Below, in pieces: positions 38,391 to 43,584 of a stretch of DNA of 43,584 nucleotides; position 1 is the first letter of the stretch, and each line of letters opens with the position of its first letter. Position numbers and translations under genes: made by a program. Source of the stretch: Nitrospinota bacterium (GTDB lineage: Bacteria; Nitrospinota; Nitrospinia; Nitrospinales; VA-1); NCBI GenBank assembly GCA_038108555.1, contig JAYNIA010000020.1, positions 1 through 43,584 on the forward strand, read 5' to 3'. Under the pieces are notes generated by a model. It was not told the origin of the DNA. It made no database searches and saw only the letters and a program-made list of their open reading frames with translations.

Positions 38391-38602
38391 TAAAATTGGC
38401 TCCTTGAAACCATCTAAAATTCATTTTCTTTGGCTTCAGCCGCCTTCCTATGCTATCATCCCTAACTCTATGATATTTTGGATGTTTTTTTGTTCCAGCT
38501 GGATACCTGAAGGGATGGAGTTTTTCACTGGGACCGTCGGGTATTCATTGAATAGCGACACTGAATTTTAAATCTTGTTCAACCAAAAAGGGTGGTCAAA
38601 CC

Positions 38603-38923
38603 ATGAAAGTTGTCAATGTTCTGGAGTCGATAGATTTCAGTCCCGAAAAAATGAAAAAAATTAGTCTGTTCGATACGGAAAAATTCTTTTGTGATATATA
38701 CTGCCTAAAACCGGGGCAGTTTCAAAAAGTCCATTCTCATGAAGGGTCGGACAAGGTTTATTTTGTTCTGCAGGGCAAGGGCAAGGTAACGATTGGCTCC
38801 GAGGAAAATGAGCTTTCTGAGAACCAGATCACCATGGCTCCATCAGGTGAGGATCATGGCGTAGTCAACGACTCGGATGGTAAACTGGTCATGCTGGTCT
38901 TTATGGCCCCCAAACCGGCGTAA
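38603..38923 (+). CDS. Cupin-domain protein
   Basis: PGQFQKVHSH...YFVLQG.G...APSGEDHGV.N. Confidence 0.9.
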   Translation: MKVVNVLESIDFSPEKMKKISLFDTEKFFCDIYCLKPGQFQKVHSHEGSDKVYFVLQGKGKVTIGSEENELSENQITMAPSGEDHGVVNDSDGKLVMLVFMAPKPA

Positions 38924-38967
38924 CCGCCGGTGGTGAATTAAAAAAATAAAACCTAAATTTTCTTTAA

Positions 38968-40743
38968 ATGATCTATTTAGTTTTTCCTACATCCTGGCAT
39001 CCTTCACAACCGTATTTGAGCTTGCCAAGTCTGAAAGCGTTCCTAAACCAACACGGCGTGCATGACGTGGTTCAAAGGGACTTGGCGATAGAACTGCTCA
39101 ACGATCTATGTACCTGGGAAAAGACAAAGCCCCTTTACGAAAGGATCATTCGTGAGTTGAACGAGCTAAGCTCACGTCCCCGTCTGACGCAGGTGGAAGC
39201 GGATAAGTTTGCCAAGTTGCGCGAAGCCGAAGAAATTGTCATGGCTCTGAAGGACCAGATTGATCACGCCATCGCTTCGCAGCGCAGTGAGGAGTTCTAT
39301 GAAATAGATCAGTATATGGAAAACCTGAAGATCATGGATGTTTGGCTCGACAACATCCTTGCTCCTTACTATCCGTCACAACTGACGGTCATTGGCAGCC
39401 AGATGCGGTTTTCTCCATATTCATCCAACGAGGTGATCGATTCTTTCAATCATCCAGAAGAAAACTTTTTCTACGATCTTTATGAGAAATGGTATCTCGA
39501 TGGAATTTTGAAAGAAGATATCGATATCCTCGGAATTTCCATCACCTCGGTGGAGCAAATCATATCCGGTCTTACCCTGGCGTATCTGGTAAAGAAAAAC
39601 CGGCCTGAAATTCATATCACTGTCGGTGGCAGCGTCTTCACCAAGCTGGTGGATCGTCTGGAAGGGGATGCCTCCCGATTATTTGATTTTGTCGACAGTT
39701 TCATCGTGCATGAAGGGGAGACGCCATTACTCCGTTTGGTGGAGCATTTGAGAGGAGATGGAGACCTGAGCAAGGTTCCCAACCTGATTTACCGGGAAGA
39801 GGGGGTCGTCAAGGTGAACCGTCCCTTTGCGAAAGAAGAACTCAATGCACTACCTACGCCTGACTTTGATGGATTGCCTCTGGATCTCTACCTTTCACCG
39901 ACCCGGGTTTTACCGGTGATGGGATCGCGCGGTTGTTATTGGGAAAAATGTGCGTTTTGTTCGATTCCCTTCGACCATATGAACTTTCATGTGCGTTATG
40001 CAGAAAACGTGGTCAACGACTTCAAGGTGCTTCAGGAAAAATACAACTGCGACCATTTCTTTTTTACCGATGAAGCTTTGCCCATCAATTTTCTCAGGAC
40101 CTTTGCCGCGAAAATTATCGAACAGAAAGTCGATGTGCAATGGACCGGCGAACTCAAATTTGAAAAGAGCTTGTTGAAAGACGACCGTATCGAGTTGCTT
40201 TATAAATCTGGGTGTAGGAAACTTATTTTTGGATTGGAGTCTTATAACCAGCGTGTGCTCAACGCCATGAAAAAGGGGGTGGAGTTGAGCTGGGTGGATG
40301 ATACCGCAGAGGCCTGTATGAAACTGGGGATTGCCATGCATTTCTACCTGATTTGCGGTTTTCCAACCGAAACCGAAGAAGAGGTGATGGACTCGGTCAA
40401 CTTCGTGCTCAATAACCAGCGGTTGCTCGATTCTCCAGGATTCTCTGCCATCCTTTCGCAGTTTGATTTGGAACGGGGAGCTCCCATCGAAAAAAATCCC
40501 GGCGAGTGGGGAATCACCAAACTGTACACGCCACCGGATCATGATTTGAGTCTCGGCTATACTTATGAAACAACCATTGGAATGTCTTCAGACGAAGCCA
40601 ATGCCCTGTATCAGCGATTGATCGAAAAACTGGGCCGTGAGGTGATGACGTTCCCGCATAACTATTCTTTATCTGATGGATTGCTTTACCTTTCGCATCA
40701 TCAAAAGAACTCTTTGACGGAAAGATTGGGCGCTCTCGCTTAG
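38968..40743 (+). CDS. Cobalamin-binding-domain radical SAM protein
   Basis: PYLSLPSL, ILGISITS, HITVGG, EGETPL, SRGCYWEKCAFC, FTDE, GLES, GFPTET. Confidence 0.9.
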   Translation: MIYLVFPTSWHPSQPYLSLPSLKAFLNQHGVHDVVQRDLAIELLNDLCTWEKTKPLYERIIRELNELSSRPRLTQVEADKFAKLREAEEIVMALKDQIDHAIASQRSEEFYEIDQYMENLKIMDVWLDNILAPYYPSQLTVIGSQMRFSPYSSNEVIDSFNHPEENFFYDLYEKWYLDGILKEDIDILGISITSVEQIISGLTLAYLVKKNRPEIHITVGGSVFTKLVDRLEGDASRLFDFVDSFIVHEGETPLLRLVEHLRGDGDLSKVPNLIYREEGVVKVNRPFAKEELNALPTPDFDGLPLDLYLSPTRVLPVMGSRGCYWEKCAFCSIPFDHMNFHVRYAENVVNDFKVLQEKYNCDHFFFTDEALPINFLRTFAAKIIEQKVDVQWTGELKFEKSLLKDDRIELLYKSGCRKLIFGLESYNQRVLNAMKKGVELSWVDDTAEACMKLGIAMHFYLICGFPTETEEEVMDSVNFVLNNQRLLDSPGFSAILSQFDLERGAPIEKNPGEWGITKLYTPPDHDLSLGYTYETTIGMSSDEANALYQRLIEKLGREVMTFPHNYSLSDGLLYLSHHQKNSLTERLGALA

Positions 40744-40756
40744 TTTCTACCCTGTT

Positions 40757-41173
40757 ATGAAATTTGTAAAAGTAATGAAAGAAGAAGAGCTGCCCATCGG
40801 CAAGTCTGCGATCATTGCCGCTGGTGATAAGCAAATTGCCCTGTTTAATTACAAGGGCAAATATTATGCGATCACCAACACCTGTCCGCATAAGGGGTCG
40901 CCGTTAGGGGAGGGAAGGATTGAAGAAGGCATTGTGATATGCCCAAATCATGAGTGGCGGTTCCGGTTGATGGATGGTGCCAATATGCAGAATCCCGAAT
41001 TGTTTATTCCCACCTATCCGGTAAAAACCAAGAACGAAAATATTTATATAGGCCTGGAACCCGAAGAGGGAAATATTGCTTACGGGAAAAAGGCATCGAA
41101 CCTTCCATCAAGTATCAAATTCAACATCCCCACCATACAAAAGCCAAGAAATCCCGACGAAGAACTTGATTGA
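40757..41173 (+). CDS. Rieske [2Fe-2S] ferredoxin (NirD-like fold) with C-terminal extension
   Basis: CPH.G.PL.EG...CPNH.W.F. Confidence 0.9.
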   Translation: MKFVKVMKEEELPIGKSAIIAAGDKQIALFNYKGKYYAITNTCPHKGSPLGEGRIEEGIVICPNHEWRFRLMDGANMQNPELFIPTYPVKTKNENIYIGLEPEEGNIAYGKKASNLPSSIKFNIPTIQKPRNPDEELD

Positions 41174-41270
41174 TTAGTTATCAGTTGGTTTTCATTCGGA
41201 TGTAAAATTTGAAAATTACATATTGTGGCAATACGAGCTAACCCAGTTATTAAAAATTAAGGGGAAATTA

Positions 41271-41326
41271 AAAGAAGGAGGGGTGGGCTTCTTTACAACA
41301 ACAAGTTACCCCTCTCCTTCCCTTTT
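41271..41326. terminator. Imperfect hairpin between convergent genes, probable terminator
   Basis: GAAGGAGGGGT...ACCCCTCTCCTTC flanked by A and T runs. Confidence 0.5.
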
Positions 41327-41333
41327 CAGTTAA

Positions 41334-41927
41334 TTATTTTTTAAGGACGGGATATCCAAGGGTGTAAATCCACTTGTCATCCTTTTTAGCTTCTGCAGGA
41401 GCTAAATCCAAAGCTGGCAAGTGACATCCAACGCAATTTTCCTTGTAGTCCGTTGATTCCGTTTTCTTGGGATTGGATGCCTTGAAAAAGGACCAGCCCC
41501 AGCCATCTCCCCAAAGCTTTGAATTTTTATAGCGGCCTTTGGTATCTCGGACGAGAACAAACCACCCTTTAATGGAGGTGGCGTGACTGGTGTGAGGACC
41601 CGTTGTCATTTCCATGGTTTTAGTATTTAGCAACTCTTTAACTAAAACGGCACCATCAGGAAAAGCACGGTGTTTTTTATAATAGTCAATTGTTTCGGGT
41701 TGTGTATATACGTTATGAAATTCCTTTGATCCTGGCTCGCCTTCAGTATTTGCATGCGCCCAGGTTCCCAGGGGTGCCCATCGGGTATAGTCTTCGGGAA
41801 CACTAATCGCTCCAGTTTTTAAATCCACATTAGGCGCAACAGATTGCATTTCTCCACCTATTACAGTTCCCACCAAACCTGTTGAAATTAAAATATTAAT
41901 AATTGTTGCCATTGCTAATTTTTTCAT
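41334..41927 (-). CDS. Cytochrome P460 family protein
   Basis: Signal peptide; P.DY..W..LGT, FHNVY, FPDGAVLVKE, GWGW..F, single C-terminal CVGCH, YPVL. Confidence 0.9.
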   Translation of the reverse strand: MKKLAMATIINILISTGLVGTVIGGEMQSVAPNVDLKTGAISVPEDYTRWAPLGTWAHANTEGEPGSKEFHNVYTQPETIDYYKKHRAFPDGAVLVKELLNTKTMEMTTGPHTSHATSIKGWFVLVRDTKGRYKNSKLWGDGWGWSFFKASNPKKTESTDYKENCVGCHLPALDLAPAEAKKDDKWIYTLGYPVLKK

Positions 41928-41979
41928 GAATTTTTTCCTTTCTATTATTAAATCTTAATGAGGAGTTAGTTGATTTTAT

Positions 41980-42546
41980 TTAGGAGCTCCTATGATGGTT
42001 TGCCAACATTGGTTTTAGTTGCTTCCGAGTGCGATAAAGCCTAACCCATAAAGTGTCAGGAGCAATTTTCAGTTCTCTACATATTTCTTTGGATTTTAGT
42101 CCGTCTATTTCTCGCATAATGAATACCTGACGATATTTATCAGGAAGCTTATTCAAACTTTTTGAAAGAGTTTCCAAAAGTTCTTTGTTTTCGAGTACTA
42201 TCAGCGGGTCTCTATCCCACAGGACAGGAGCCGCTTGCCATTGCCCTTTACCGTTATACTCGGACTCACATAGCTTCAGCCCCCCCCTTGCGGTAAAATC
42301 CCGAGTTTTTGTTTTCTTGATTTCCCGAAAATGATCCAAGATTTTGTGTTTAAGTATTCCAAATAGCCAAGTGCTTACAGACGATCGGCCCGAATAACTT
42401 TGTTTGGCCTTTAAAGCCGCTAAAAATGTATTCTGAACAATCTCTTCGGAGTACTCCTTGTCCTTTACCCGGTAAAAGGTATAGTTATAAAGTTTGTCCC
42501 CGTATTGGCTTGCCCATTGACTGCTATCAATCATGTTTAAAATCAT
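41980..42546 (-). CDS. ECF sigma-70 family factor
   Basis: EEIVQNTFLAA...SSVSTWLFGILKHKILD (region 2); LP...R.VF.MREIDGL...EIC.EL (region 4). Start may be ATG 42534. Confidence 0.9.
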   Translation of the reverse strand: MILNMIDSSQWASQYGDKLYNYTFYRVKDKEYSEEIVQNTFLAALKAKQSYSGRSSVSTWLFGILKHKILDHFREIKKTKTRDFTARGGLKLCESEYNGKGQWQAAPVLWDRDPLIVLENKELLETLSKSLNKLPDKYRQVFIMREIDGLKSKEICRELKIAPDTLWVRLYRTRKQLKPMLANHHRSS

Positions 42547-42668
42547 TCATGATGAAAAATTGTTGGTATTTAATGTAGGAGCTAAAAATTACCTGTTAAA
42601 ACTGCTTATTAGGTTGTTGAACATTTGCATGAGCTTCAGAATAATAATTCTTAAACCTGTGAGCTTGA

Positions 42669-42701
42669 ATACCTAATCCTGTGAAATATTTGCCTTATCC
42701 T
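42669..42701 (-). promoter_or_regulatory. Tandem direct repeat, probable AraC-family operator
   Basis: Minus strand AGGATAAGGCAA-N9-AGGATTAGGTAT, 21-bp periodicity, between divergent AraC and ECF genes. Confidence 0.65.
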
Positions 42702-42779
42702 ACGAAAACACGACAAAAACCTACAAATTAAAGGCCATCTCTTGTAATTTAATAGATTATTGAACTCTAGGAAGGAAAT

Positions 42780-43584
42780 ATGGAAAAACTTGTTAAGCTA
42801 TTAACCCAATTGACGGTTAACGAAGAATTTAATTCTGAACTTCTTCCTGAAGTGAATGTTTTTCGTTGTGAAAAGCGCCTGATGCGAGCACCCAACATGC
42901 TCGATCCTTGCATAATCGTAATTGCCCAGGGGAGCAAGATCGCTTATCTCGGGGACGAAAAGTTTCCTTTTAATGCAGAAAAATACCTGGTTCTCTCGCA
43001 ACCCATACCTTTTGAATGCGAAACGATGGCTACTCCAAGAAATCCTCTCCTCGGTGTTTCTATCTGCGTACAACGGGAGATACTTTATGAGTTGGTATCC
43101 AAGACCGAAAGAAAGCAAGTGGAAGGGGGAAAGAATCTAATAGAAAAGTATAGAGGGATGGGGTCCACAAATTTAGATAAAAACATGAAACTTTCCGTTG
43201 AAAGATTGCTTGCTTGTTTATTAAACCCCGATGAAACAATTATTCTCGGGCCTAGCCTGTTGCGGGAAGTAATTTATCGTGCTCTATGCGGACCTTATGG
43301 ACCTGCTCTTTTTGATTTGGTAGGACATAACACCAATTTTGAGCGGATATCAAGAGCGCTAAAACAAATTCATGGTAACTTGGCTTCTCCTTTGTCTGTA
43401 GACCTGCTTGCGAGAAAAGCAAACATGAGTGTTTCTTCTTTTCATCACGCTTTCAGAGAAATTACTTTGGAAACACCTATACAATACATTAAGAAGGTTA
43501 GGCTGAATAAGGCAAAGGAATTAATCGTACAAAAAAAATTGCCTGTAAATGAGATTGCAGTTCAGGTGGGATATAGTAGTACTT
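42780..43584 (+). CDS. AraC-family regulator with YqhC-type (AraC_N) N-terminal domain, partial; missing from the ORF track
   Basis: Manual translation: MEKLVKLL...PCIIVIAQGSKIAYLG...YLVLSQPIPFECE...REVIYRAL.GPYG...LARKANMSVSSFHHAF...TPIQYIKKVRL..A...IAVQVGYSS; open to the window end. Confidence 0.92.
   Translation, partial: MEKLVKLLTQLTVNEEFNSELLPEVNVFRCEKRLMRAPNMLDPCIIVIAQGSKIAYLGDEKFPFNAEKYLVLSQPIPFECETMATPRNPLLGVSICVQREILYELVSKTERKQVEGGKNLIEKYRGMGSTNLDKNMKLSVERLLACLLNPDETIILGPSLLREVIYRALCGPYGPALFDLVGHNTNFERISRALKQIHGNLASPLSVDLLARKANMSVSSFHHAFREITLETPIQYIKKVRLNKAKELIVQKKLPVNEIAVQVGYSST

Noticed and set aside
38511..38530. GGGATGGAGTT resembling the start of a fluoride (crcB) riboswitch
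   Set aside because: The 3' GCUrAUGACUyCUrC element is missing and no fluoride-related gene follows.
42517..42530. FNR-like TTGAC-N4-ATCAA
   Set aside because: It lies inside the ECF coding sequence and is imperfect; there is no promoter context.
42801..43140. Track ORFs 42801-43118 (-) and 42922-43140 (+)
   Set aside because: Shadows of the AraC gene that starts at 42780 in another frame.

Overview
Bacterial chromosomal window, moderately AT-rich, with no phage, IS, CRISPR or rRNA signal. Gene content and protein style suggest a Nitrospina-like (Nitrospinota) organism; this is my impression, not a search result. Core genes: lptF, lipA, a YejABEF-type peptide ABC transporter, ispG, tig, a stand-alone fliG, msrAB, an alpha carbonic anhydrase and tRNA-Pro(GGG). 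Two edge genes are absent from the ORF track: a lipoprotein running off the left edge (1032 leftwards) and a YqhC-type AraC regulator running off the right edge (42780 onwards). There is also a triple-lesion HDOD pseudogene and several small ORFs. Best candidate for an undescribed system: a tightly coupled five-gene envelope lipid-transport operon (27785-35514) of pqiA, a pqiB whose helical stalk is lengthened by internal repeats, pqiC, a LolA-like carrier, and an MMPL/RND transporter fused to a cyclic-nucleotide-binding domain. Other highlights: a sigma70 promoter whose spacer is a perfect Fur box, driving a 30-aa ORF and a hairpin-rich RNA (27268-27600); a divergent AraC / ECF sigma + cytochrome P460 module with tandem operator repeats; a cupin / B12-radical SAM / Rieske operon with a structured leader; and a sigma54-driven lytic transglycosylase.
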